A stretch of 64,000 nt of DNA from the human T2T-CHM13v2.0 reference genome, Homo sapiens. Where the stretch lies: assembly GCF_009914755.1 (NCBI RefSeq), contig NC_060940.1. The stretch is one strand, 5' to 3'. The position numbers were made by a program, and so were the translations under genes. The notes under the pieces were generated by a model that was not told the DNA's origin, searched no databases, and saw only the letters and a program-made list of their open reading frames with translations. Of this stretch, positions 1 through 12,200 are shown piece by piece. Every line of letters starts with the position of its first letter. Position 1 is the stretch's first letter.

Positions 1-696
1 TTTGTTTTAAACCAGTGAGATAACCTAAATAGCTCCCTTTGCTTCTCCCTCTCTTACTTTGTTTTTCTGCATACCTTTTCTGTGTTGTCTTGTTGTCTAT
101 TTCACTCATACCCGAATACCTTCCACATGACATTATTGCATGCATAGTCTTATATAAAGCGTTCCTGGAACAGGCTTTTGTTAACACATTCTCCTATCAT
201 TTTTTCCTGCTCTTCCAATTCCCCTTGGCTCTTTTAGGGGCTGCATGTATCAGGGGAATGTTGGAGATAAAATACAAAGAGCAATCTCCAAGGAAGAACG
301 ATCATTGTACTCTTGAACATTCTGTGTCCCTCAGGGAAGTAATTAGCAACATCCAACATTAATTTCCAAGGTGAATTGGCTTGTGGGAGTAGGAGTACAA
401 CATTCACAAACCTGAAGGGGTGGATTTTCTGATTAGCATGGCAAAAGACTCTTACCACTGTACTCATATGGTATCCTGTCTCAAGTGACTTTCTGTTCTC
501 CAGATGTGCTGACAGTCTAAGCATAGGTATAATAACATTTAAAAATACCAAGTATCTTTGTGGCCTGGGTCCTTCCGACTTGATCATGACTTTCCACTCC
601 AGAGCAGGGCATATGCCTGCTTCCACCCACCACACATGTTCAGTGGTTCCTTCTTCCTTCTCTATTCCATACTCCCCACCACCATCTGGTATCTAT

Positions 697-860
697 CCAG
701 GTTTCAGCCCAGCTCTGCCCACTGAGTTCCCAGCCGTGTAGTCTTTGATAATTTTCTTAATCTCTCTACATCTCAGTTTCCTCATAAGCAAAATATAAAA
801 CATGAGCTTCATCTTAAATATGAGGCATTGTAGTGAAAGACATAATGCAATAATGGACAG
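697..860 (+). mobile_element. MIR SINE fragment
   Basis: Degenerate MIR core: cagctctgcc...cttaatctctctacatctcagttttctcat; boundaries approximate. Confidence 0.6.
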
Positions 861-1489
861 CAGGAATATTAGCATCACACAGAGTTTCACCTGCTTCCCA
901 CATCTACATGGATAGACCTGGGCACATGCTGTCGGCTGTTAGGAGTCTCACTTTTGAATGAAGGTAAGATTAGTCCCTATGAAGCATTGGTTGTGAAAAG
1001 CAAACTCAATAATGCATGCCAAACCCTGAGCAATGTGCCTGGCCCCTGAGAAACTACCTGTTTGTAAATGTTAACTACTATTTTAGCACAGGGTGGCTGC
1101 TACTTTTTAAATGATAGATACATTTTGAAAATAATGTCATTATGGCTGTGTGGGGGGAGGAGGAGTCCAAACCAACAACCTGAAAAATATTTGACTTCAG
1201 TTGGAGCTCCCAAGACAATACGACGGAAATGAGATGACAAAGATACATCTTTAAATACCATTTTGTTCCTGATAAAGACTTCATCCTTCTCTTCATAAAA
1301 AAATTATAACTGCAGCTAAACTTTCTAGGGATGCTTCCTGATTTTAGAAAGAACTATCTTCATGCATGCTAAATGGGAATCAGCAGTATTTTTCCATGGA
1401 CTTTCCTAGCTGCTTTACATAGTTGCCTCTTTACCAAACGCTATGTTTTGAATACTAAAATGCTCAAAATCTCTTGATCAGGATATTGA

Positions 1490-1640
1490 ATTAGGAATCC
1501 AAGGTTCAAGTCCAGGCTGTGTCACTTGGTGACTGTATGCCTTCAGAGAAGTTATTTAAGCTCTCTGAGGCTTGATTTTTCCCTCTTGCAAAATGCAGAT
1601 TCCACGAACGAGATCAGAATGTGAATTAAAGTATTGTTAA
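1490..1640 (+). mobile_element. MIR SINE fragment
   Basis: ggttcaagtccaggctgtgtcactt...aagttatttaagctctctgaggcttg...gcaaaatg resembles the MIR core. Confidence 0.65.
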
Positions 1641-3575
1641 ATGTGATTTATTTGGGGGCAATAAACTGCACCATTAAAACAAGTGTCGTTTGGCATGAGA
1701 CTGCTAGGTGTCCCTGGCCAAGTACCCCCATCTTCTTCAGAAAGAGCTAGCAAGGCAAAGATGACCTGTCCACTCTGATTGGTTGTGGCTGCCTAGGAAA
1801 TTATGATGAAAGGGATTCTGAGGATGCATCTAGCTGAGTGTTAGCGTTGAAATGTATTGGTGATGTCTGCCACAGTCATGGAGGGAGACATTACTGCTCA
1901 TACATACTTTGCCATCTCAGATGAGGGTACTCCCTTTGGGGCTAGTTGATTTGAAAAGGTCACACTATAAACTCAGGGGTGGAGAGAAGAGTTCTGATTA
2001 ACCAGGTGACTTTCCCTCAGCAAGTGGGAAGCAGAGGAAGCAACAGCTCTGAAAGAGAAGCCACTCTCTGCAGGCATGGACTTGCCCTTCATTTCTAAAT
2101 GAGCATGCCCAGAGCCCCAACCACAGCCCAGCTTCATCGCAACAGGTGAGAGAGAAATGCACTCTTCACATTGCCCTAAAACTGCTCTGTCAACTATGAC
2201 ATTGAAGGGCTGACACTGTGCTAGCCCAGAAACTGAGAAAGTCCTCTGTTCCCGTGGCTCAGAAAACTTCCATGGCTGCCTGGTCCCATTTGCAGACATT
2301 GAGCTGCAGCAGCTAACAAGCTCTGACACAGGCGGCCAGCACAGCCATTCACAGGCAAAAGCTCATTGCCCCAGCTCTGCCAGCCTTGCCTGTGCCTTGT
2401 TTGTTTTTCTACCCTGGGATGAAAAAGCACACAAATGACTCCAGGTGAAAAGCTCAAAGCTTTCTCAAACACCCACCTAAACACATGGGTCTGAGCATGT
2501 TTATTCTTTCATGTCGTTTTGTTGTTTTGCATTCACAAAACCTTCAACAAGGTGTAAAGCAAGGTGTTTGTTTGTAAAACACCCAAACTTGAGTGGCTGG
2601 GCTGTCTGCCTTCATTATTTTAACCATGGGATTGACAGTGAAAGACATAATATTTCAATAAAATAAAAGTATTGTCAGCAAAAAAAAAAAAAAAGTATGA
2701 TGACATACCGAGATGCAGCACGATGATAAACTAGTAAGAAAAATTTGATGAAAACCAGAAACACATAAGACTGCAATTTAATCTTTTTATTTGAAATATA
2801 AATATTGTTACCATCAAGCTTGACAGTATAGAAAATGTGTACCCTGCAGCCTTCTGACAAAACAAAATTTATGTTTAAAACTTCCTGAAATAATACCTTT
2901 TATCCATAGGGTTTTGTCATATTGCAATGGCTCTGAGCCTACTGTATGGCCCTGCACCTTTAATTATTTTATGCCTAGAAGACACATTTTAAATAGAAGA
3001 GGCGGGTTACAAGAGTTTTGACAGCTGAAGCTGATTAAAATACTGACAACATGCACTCAATAGAATTCCCTTAGGTTTTTGTCAAAGACCCATAGGAAAG
3101 TTAAAGTATTTTTACCCACCAGCACGAAACATTCAGGCCAGGCTAGTGCCATTCGTTGCCTGGCCCTTGCCAGAGAGACGTTCAACAAAAATTCTCTTTT
3201 TTAAATGTTGGACGGCCGCAGACTGGAAAACCAGTCAGCTGATTGAGTTTGCTAATCTGTTTCCAGTTAACAAAGCACAGGGCCTCTTTCCAAGGCCAGC
3301 TGTTTCATCTCATTTGCTGAAGAGAAGAAAAGCTGGATGGCTTGCTTATTTATTTATCAGTCTCTTTTACAAGGGTGTTACCAACTGGGCTGGTTTCCTG
3401 GATCACGGCCGATCTAGTCCCCACGTTGTTTCTCATTACGGAGTGTGACTTTTACAACTTCAAGTGAAAATCTAGTCTCTACCAATCCAGTCACTCCTGT
3501 TGCCCGATGCCCAGAACAGGGAGCTAGAAGTCACTGTAGTCAAGGAGCTGTACATCTGTAGAGGATCTCTGAAAG

Positions 3576-3710
3576 CAGAGGATCTCTTTATATCTGAGGC
3601 TTGAATTTTTATTGCTGGATGTTCATGAGTCAAGGAGTAGGATATGAACTCAACCAGCTCATGAACATCCAGCCCTAAAATTCAAGCCTCAAATATCAAG
3701 AGACCTTCTG
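3576..3710. repeat. Long imperfect inverted repeat (54/53-bp arms, 28-nt spacer)
   Basis: 3576-3629 is the reverse complement of 3658-3710 with about 6 mismatches and 1 indel; the inner 16 bp (gctggatgttcatgag / ctcatgaacatccagc) are perfect. Confidence 0.95.
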
Positions 3711-4529
3711 TTGCAGAGCCTGGTCTTAACCATTTTGCAACACTGCTCCTATGCCTTCTAAAACGTGTCCTACTCATCATTTATGTAGTTGTCTTCTAGC
3801 TCTTTTAAAAGTCCCAGGAGTGACCATTGTTCCATATCACAAGAATTAGAATTGTTAGTTTTCTAAGAAGACAGAGGCTTTAGATTGATCTGTACACTTC
3901 AAGGAAGGAATCTGCTATTTCTACTAAAAGTTGATTATCTGGGATATAGGAAGGTCAGCAGGTCACTGAGTCTGTTGGTGACATCTTGAAATGGTGGTAG
4001 AAAGTCCTGCACGAGGTCATCTTTCCTGAGCCTTCATAAATCAGAGACCAAGCCAATGCTTTGAGTGTCTACAGAGCTGGCTCCATGCAATCACCTCTTC
4101 CTCTCTCTGGTTACGACCCCACAAATATCTACCTCTGCTTTTTTCTTTGGCCATGTTTTTTAGATGGATGTCCTCTTCTAGGACAGGGACTCAATAGCTA
4201 GGGCCCTCTGTCACAGAGCTAAACACATTCCTGACCTAGGAGTTGGAGAAACTGAAGGAGGACCAGGGATGAGATACAGTAATGCAAGGCCCAGATGCTG
4301 CTTTATGCCAGAGAGGTGAGTCAGCAGATCAGTGATAATATGTGTGAACTACAAAGTGACAGACGCTTGCCTTTCACCCTCCACATATCCCTAGAATCTC
4401 CCCTGTGGCCTACCCTAATCAAAAACATAACAAAGAAAGGACTCTGGGAGATGGAGTTCAGCTTGACCTAGTTGACACATTGCAAAGTCATTACAGACAC
4501 ATAGAGGTATTCATTGCATCTGAATTAAT

Positions 4530-4630
4530 AAGCAAAAGAAAAGAAGGAAAAAAGAGAGTAAGAGAGGGAGAGAAAGGAGGGAGATAGAAGGGGAAGGTAA
4601 GAGAGAAAAGAAAAAGGAGCAAAAAGCAAG
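4530..4630 (+). repeat. GA-rich low-complexity polypurine tract
   Basis: aaaagaaaagaaggaaaaaagagagtaagagagggagagaaaggaggg... Confidence 0.85.
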
Positions 4631-5559
4631 GCTATCAAACTGTTCATAAAGGCATGGCATTCTGAACCCAGCATCTGAACCCCCAACACACTTCCTAATT
4701 TATCTTGTTTTCTGGTGTCTTCCTGCTCCTTCATTCCCACCTCCCGTGAGCCCACTATTTTCATAGGCTTTCCCATAAATCCGTACTCTTAGATTCTGAA
4801 ACAAATGAACAAACAAACTAGAGTGTTAACGTGCTCCAAGATTCACCCCTGCAATAAGATAGGGCTCAGAGCATTTGCTTTTACTCAGGGCTTAAATTTC
4901 AAGGGAAAGGATGAGCGGTGGATGTCCAGGCCTGGGTTAGCCGACTATGGGGGCTCCCATTACCCTGACACTAAGGGGGTCGCTGACGATGCCATCTTTG
5001 AGCACATTCTTCCTATCTACAGTGCCCAGTGCCAAGAATGAAGACACTTGGCCACCACATGCTAATGACAATCACATGATCAAAGCAATGTGTGGATAAG
5101 ATCTGCAGCCAATGTCCATTGTCTTTCCACAGAGAAGACTGTACAGGATGTTTTAGACTTTGTGATAGTCTAGCTTGAGAACTTAAGGAGTGAATTCAAT
5201 TGATATCCAGCAGGCTCCGCATATGCATACTATCATAATCATAATGTACGTACTTCCTCTGGTTGCTACCAGGCGAATATCCCTGAATTTTTCAAATCCA
5301 GTGAAAAATCTATAGCTAGACCATCCATAATGAGACCATTGTGGGGAAATCCTCCAAAATATTCAGAAATAAATACCACCCAACGAGCTAATGCTTCATC
5401 ATTCTTTAGGATTCAATTCAAAGGAAATGTCCTCTCCTAGATCCTTTCAACCCCTTTTCACCAGGTAGGATGAGAAGTTCTCACTGTCTTATAAGTCTGT
5501 TATCCACACATTATTATACAATAATAAATATGAAGATGATGATAGAGGAGTATGGTTAT

Positions 5560-5740
5560 TGGACATTCGCAAGCTACTAAACTGTAAGCTGCGCACTTTC
5601 TGTCCATATTCTTATTTAATCCTTACAACAACCCTGTGAGATGGACCGTATTCTTCCCATTTTACAGATGAGAAAATGGACACTCAGATCAATTAAGTAC
5701 ATTGAAAAGTCCATACAGCTGGTATGTGGGGCAAAGCCGT
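5560..5740 (-). mobile_element. MIR SINE
   Basis: tttaatccttacaacaaccctgtgag...cccattttacagatgagaaaa is the reverse MIR core. Confidence 0.8.
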
Positions 5741-5959
5741 GTGTCTCACAGTTGGGGGAGTTTTCTGTCTTCAGCACATAACAAAATGTCTGGCTCACAG
5801 CAGATGTTCAGAAAGAGTTTGATAAATAAGGAAATATTGAACGATCCGCTGGGATATTTACTCCAATCTTTCCACATCGGTATGTTTACTCCTGGTTCTC
5901 TTCATGAACAAGTCACCCAGCAATACTAAATTTGAAAGAAATTAATTTTCTCCTCCATT

Positions 5960-6131
5960 TAGGACTAGCTACATAGTTTGTGAGGACCAGTGCAAAATAA
6001 AAATTCAGGGCTCTTCAAAAATTATTAAGAATTTCAAGAGGGTGAAAACAGTCTTAAACCACAGGTGGGGCCTTTCAACGCAAGGTCCCATGCACCTGCA
6101 CAGATCACACACACCCCTGAAGCCAGTCCTG
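5960..6131 (-). mobile_element. MER45A-like hAT non-autonomous DNA transposon
   Basis: TIR-like ends taggactagct...agccagtcctg; internal cagtgcaaaataaaaatt...aaaaattattaagaatttcaaga matches the recalled MER45A consensus in reverse. Confidence 0.75.
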
Positions 6132-8125
6132 CCTCCACCCAAGGTTGGAGATATTTTGGCAGGGGTCTTTCACATGGAGTTAAGGGTAGGCCCAAACTGG
6201 GTCATACTTTCCCATTCCCATACCCTGTTGTCTCTGACCCCAAATAACTTCCACATTCAGTGCTCAAGAGGAAACTACCATGTTGCCTTTTAGACTATAT
6301 CTAAACATACATGGTCCTGACCTTGCAGAGAAGTCCCCACATACCTCCAAAAATGAGTAAGTGCCAACCCTAATGATGGTGGGAGCCATTGTATTGGTGG
6401 TCACTGCCATTCTGAACATGATTTTCAAGGAACTTCAGGGGTTTGCTTATCACTTAAACAAAAGACATGATGAGTTTTAAAGACCCAGCTTCCCACAGTA
6501 AAACTCATTGCTGAAATTTGGGAGGTGCTCTGTGTCTTAGACACAACAACATTTGCCAAGCTCTTGGTGGTTTTTTCACTTAAGGGCCTAATAAGTAAAA
6601 TGTGGCCTCCTCATGCCGAGCAAAGTGGGACAGGGACTCAGACTTTATACAAAACTCACTTGGACAACTGTCTTTTCCCAGGAGACCAATCAAACAAAGG
6701 AAAGCCAAAAGAGCAAGTGGGGAAAAGGACCACAAAAACTTCCAAACACGATGAATCCAAGAATGCATTCTTCCCCAGTACAGCTTGCTCTGTATCAGAC
6801 AAAGTTTGGTCCTCATGTGGGAGGAGGTCACAGCGGGCAGGGCTAGGGGAGACAGTCTGAGTGTTCCACTGGCTCTGCTTCAGGCTGCCTGGCCCTGTTA
6901 AAACTCCCTCGGCATGTTCCCAGAGAGGACATCCCTGGAGTTCCTGTGTCCTGCCAATCCACCCAGGCCGCCTACACAACCCAGAGAGAATACTAAAACA
7001 TATGCTGTAGCGTCACCCTTAATTCAACTAATTCAGGGGACTCTTCATCCAAACAGCATTATGGAATGTGTACTGAATTTTAAACCAGGTGACCCAGACA
7101 CATTCAATGATACTGATGGTTCTTTACCATGGAACTTGAAATCTCTGGAATAGCAATATGCAATGGGAATTGAGTTAGATGGACTGACAGCCTGCCACAC
7201 ACTGGGTGCAAAGCAAACATCTGTCCCAATAAGAAGGCCTCCGATAACCTGGTGAGTTGTCATGAAGGGGCATATAACAACACTGATTTCTAATCTCAAA
7301 TTTTCCCTGGCTAAGTGCAAGAAGGACACTGATTTTATATCCACAGTAGAATGAGAACAGTTGGTTGCAGTTGCAATGAGATTGGTCTTATATTAGATTC
7401 CAAGAAATCAATTTCCATTCCACGCCATCCTAGACATTTTCTAATGCTCATTTGTCTCAGCCTTGAGCTCTGTGAGGTGGTCTGAGACCCAAGACTTAAG
7501 GGGTTTGCTCGGGATCATATGGCTACTAAGTCAGAAATGCACTGCATGTCAGTGTATTGCAAAACTGGGGCACTTACTCCTAACAAATTCACTCTAAAGA
7601 CTTCAGCACAAAATGTCAAACCAGCCCAGCCCTGTAACCTGCAAAGGGGAAGTAGCACCAGAGGTGGGTTGCCATTCCCACCCCTCATCAGTTGCTTCCT
7701 ACACAGGAATCCCAGGTTCCATTCCACTCCTTTATTGTTGGCAGTTTATTTGAAGGCTCTTGTTTGTGAAATCCCAGTTGATGCCCAAGATAATTCAAAT
7801 TATCCTCTCCTGCATCTGTTTCTCTCATCTCTTTTCATCTGAAACACGATTATTATTATTTTGCTTTTTGGTTCCAATTATTAAAAAAAAGATGAGCAAG
7901 GAGTGGAAAACAAGTTACGTGATGGATAAGAAGAGGGGCCCCTTTACACATAATTGGTCTTTGAGGTCTTTAATTATTTTGGTCTAACTTAAAATAACTA
8001 GGTGAGTGGAGTTGTCAGGGGATTGAGCCTCCAAAGACTCAGCCAGCTCACGGAGGTACTGGAGGACTGGTTAGCTTTGAGAACTCTGAGGCTTGCTAAG
8101 TAGATCATCTGGGGAAGGTTATATT

Positions 8126-8223
8126 TAGCATGACCACCTAATTCCAACTTGCTTGGTTTTGGGACTGGATGTCCTACACTCTAGGAAATCCTTCCATCCC
8201 AGGCAAATGAGATAGTCACCCTA
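8126..8223 (+). mobile_element. MER81-like hAT-Blackjack MITE (degenerate)
   Basis: tagcatgacca...cccaggcaaatgagatagtcacccta; similar to the copy at 15899. Confidence 0.55.
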
Positions 8224-8696
8224 GTTAGGCTGGGGTGAAGAGAGCGGATGAGGAAGGGCAGGAAAATGACCCTAGCTGGCATTTTCGTGCAGCAAACTTG
8301 TGCCTATACCTATTCTGTGTCCAATACTCTATGAACCAGACCTACTCTTGCCTCTGTCAAAGTAGAAAGGGGTATCCAGTAGGGGTAACAGATATTTTCA
8401 GCTATTTTCTGGAAAACTGCAAAACGATATGGCTTATAATTTAAGAAATACATGAACCACATTTACAGGTTAAGAGGATCTCCCGCCATGGATGTTGAAA
8501 AAAATACAGGCTGTTACTTGGCAGAGAAATTTGATCTGAGCTTTGAAGAATGAATAAGGCATCAAAGAAAAGGCACAGAGGAAAGGGCACTCCAGGTGGA
8601 AGGAACCCTGTGAGGGAAGAGGTGGAAGCAGGAGGGAATCACCGACCCAGCAGGGCTGGAGCAAACCTTCTTTGGGTGAAAGAAGATGAGGGTAGA

Positions 8697-8905
8697 AAGG
8701 GTCAGCAAACATTTCCTATAAATAAGCAGATAATAAATATTGTAATCACAACCACTTCACTGCTGTTGAAGTGCAAAAGCAGCCACAGGTGATATATAAA
8801 GCAATCGGCACTGTTGCTGGATTCTAGTAACACTTTTTTTTTTTTTTTTTTTTTTAAGAAAACCAGGTAGGGGCCCCCAGGCCATAGTCTGCCAATTTAT
8901 CATCT
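8697..8905 (+). mobile_element. MER58A-like hAT-Charlie element with internal poly-T
   Basis: ggggtcagcaaacatttcctataa...agataataaatatt...tgcaaaagcagccacag...ccatagtctgccaa. Confidence 0.7.
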
Positions 8906-10509
8906 AGGAAAAAAACAAAAAAACAAAACAAACAAACAAAAAAAAACAAAAAAATGTAGGCAGCAAATCTTGTTGGGCTTGAAATGACCAAGGAAGGTAT
9001 TCTATAAGCATTAGGGGCCATTGAAGATAGGAAAGGAATGGATTTTCCTTTGACCTTTAAGGAAATACCAAGAAGTAGGAATTTTTTTTTTTTTTTTTTA
9101 GTATATCCATTCTTCTCTTTTAGAAGCTTATAAAAGCAATAACCAAGATAATATCACGTGGTTACTTTATTCCAAGGACTTCACTTGTATCATCTCATTT
9201 TACACAATAGCCTCAAAGCAAGATGTTTCTCCTTCCTTTTATTCCCATGGGCTTGGGGTAGAAAAATATCTGCTACTTCATGTACAACCAGAATTGACTT
9301 CTGCAGCTCAGCCAGTTGACCAGAGGCTCAGAAAGGCACTGTGTTCTCTGGCATTCATAAGCCATGTGGGTCAAGGCAGGAAGCACCTATGAGCACCCTA
9401 GGGAAGCAGGACTGGGGTAGGGCTCAGTTGTTAGAGTTTGGAATCAGCTACAACTAGTGGATATCAAGAATGAGAGGCAAGCGAGGCACTTTCTACTATT
9501 GATAGGCACTTGTGTAGTTTTCTTATTTGAGCTATTACAAAGATTGCCGCTGTGGACATTGTACTGCATGTCTTTCGGTGAACATACATCCACATTTATG
9601 TTGGATGTATATACCTTAGATGTGTTTTATACCAGCTAGTTTGTCAGACACATGCCCATTTATTAATCCCATAGATGCATGGTATCCTCTCTGAATATAT
9701 ACCGCTTTAGCCAGAAATCCTGAAGGCACAAGTACTTAATCATGCATCCAAATATCAATGAGGCAGAAATAGAGGGGATGGTCAGAGGGATACAATGTCA
9801 CCAATTAATGAGGAGGTGGGTAAGGCTCAGGGAAAATTTACCTCCAACCTAGGTCAGAAAATCCAGCTAATTATTACTTTATTGTGCTTTGATTCATACT
9901 TAATATCATTCTGAATCCCTCCCCTTAAGCTATCCTTCTATGTTTCCCCTGCATAATGCCTTAAATAGTAATAAATTGCAACATTAGTTAACGGCATTAC
10001 ATCATGTGAATTTTAAACACCACAACTTGGGGGAAATAAAGCTTTATTAGGAGTCGAGTTATAAATCTGCGTTAGACAAAGCTGCAGATATTTTTGGAAA
10101 GCGCCGGCTATTTGAGCTACTGAAAGAAAATCAGTTTCTTTCAATTCTCCTAATGCTATGACTTTCACTGATACCATTGCCAACATTTCAGAGCCCTGTC
10201 TGTGACACAAAGCAAGGGAATTGTGAACTTGGCTTCAGAAGTTGGGACATGGGGAGGTAGGGAGGTGGGGAGGCCAGGGTCGGGTGGGCATGGTTGCGGA
10301 GCTTAAGTTAAACTTAAAGTTGACCATAATATGCAAAAATAAAGAGGCTCTCAGTTGGAGGCACTCAGAACTGAATTTGGAAAAATCTGTTGTATTTTCT
10401 TACATCCAATCTTTAAAAGTCTTAAGAGTTCATGTCACTGAATATTCTCAGTATAAGGACAGCATTAATTGTATCAACTTACCATTAGATAGTTTGTCAA
10501 AACAGGAAG

Positions 10510-10880
10510 AATGTGAAATTCAGAGTCAGTTAAACCTTGTTATAATTTGTGGCCTTGGGTAAGTTTCTTCGTTTTTCTGAACAAGATTACCAGTTGTATA
10601 GGTTGCTCACTGCAAAAAGTTGCCCAGCTGAGGGGCGAAGTGAAGGCTGAAATCTTGCCTATGCCCCCAGTCACCAAGTCACAGAACTGTCTACCATGGT
10701 CTCATTTGTACAAAGTCACTATCTAGGTTTGTGGTGGCCCTGACTCTGAGCCTTAGTTTTCCCACCTGTAACATAGGAGACAGAATCACGAACATTGCAG
10801 AATCACTTTGGGCACTTCTTTTAAAGATCACACAAGTAAAGGGTGCAGCACACAGCCTGACACCTTATGTGTAATTGTTC
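10510..10880 (+). mobile_element. MIR interrupted by MER91A
   Basis: gtggccttgggtaagtttctt [MER91A] ctctgagccttagttttcccacctgtaa...cacagcctgacac. Confidence 0.6.
10582..10742 (+). mobile_element. MER91A-like hAT-Tip100 element
   Basis: gttgtataggttgctcactgcaaaa...cagctgaggggcgaagtgaaggctgaaatc...ggtggccctg terminal. Confidence 0.7.
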
Positions 10881-11449
10881 TTCACACTTTTTGCCTTTCC
10901 GAATGCGATCTGAGAACACAATGTGTCCCGAGAGTGCTGCAGTTTTGACCTCCTGCCTTGGAGAGTCTCTCACTACCTTTAACTGGCAACAAAGTCCCTT
11001 TGAAGCCATTTGAGCAGATAGCTGATGCCAGATAGCTGGGTTTACATTCAGGGCAGCAAGCTGTTACTGCTAACTTGTCCTGCCCTGTGAAAGTAAAACA
11101 AGGGCCAAATTTCCCTTAGCCTTCACCTAACTAAATACAATCATTCATTCATTTAACAGATACTAATTGAGTGCCGGGTATAAGCCATTCTTGTCTTGGT
11201 GCTAGGAGATGTAGCAGTAGATCAGATAGGGAAGGCGTCTCTTTTTTGGGTGTTACAATGTAAAGGAAGCTTCTCTCTTCCCAGATCCATCCACAAAGAG
11301 TTGCCTCTGTTTGGGTTGCCATTTTATTATTAAAAGCAATGTAATAAATGTCACAGGAATTTGGGGGACTGGAAAAATAGTACTTATGATCACATAGCAC
11401 ATTATCATCATGTCTGTGGATATGACAATGGCTATTATACAATAGAGTT

Positions 11450-12200
11450 TATCAAAGAAGATTCGTGTAAATCAAGACACAAATGACAACAAATGATAGT
11501 TGAAGGTGGCCTTGTGATCCTACTGAAAAATATGATGCTTATAAAAAAGAACTAAGTCTGGATTTAACCAAAAGACCAGACTCTGACTGCTTTAGGTCAA
11601 TTTCCATTCCATGGATTGGATCCCAAATATTCAGTCTGATCCAGTTACAATCACTGAACCATTACAACCACTGGCATGAGATAACCATATCAGCTCAACT
11701 ATTCAAGTTACTAATCTAATTTTTGCCACTTGACAATTGGACTAACTAATGTGATTAAAATAAGGTCGAGTTAGTGGCAGCATAGAGATATCATTTATGA
11801 TTGATTGATCAAAGAGGGGAATATACAGAATGCGGAAATGTAAGACAAGACAAAAGACTGACTATGACTGAGACTTGACCCTAAGTCCAAGAATTGCTTT
11901 TACATTAGCAGATGATCTGTCCGTGGGGCAATTCATTGACCAATAGGGAAGTCCCCAAAGGTGTACCAAACAGAGGTGCCATTACCCGTTCAATCTGGAA
12001 TGACCGCACACTAACACAGAAGAGACTGTCAGAACCAGAGAAACAGAACTAAAATTTAAAACTAGAAATATGGGAACTCAGTGCATTTAGTTGGAAACTT
12101 AAGGCAAAAGATGGAGTGGGGAATATTCAAGACACAAAAGCCGAGAGAAAGTGTAAGCGACTAGCAAATCAAAAGAAAGTGATTTGTTTCTGTTGTAATT
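11450..12200 (+). mobile_element. Possible ancient CR1/L3 LINE RT-region relic
   Basis: Degenerate similarity to CR1/L3 RT motifs (gcatagagatatcatttat; caatagggaagtccccaaaggtgtacca; aaaatttaaaactagaaatatg); boundaries uncertain. Confidence 0.35.
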
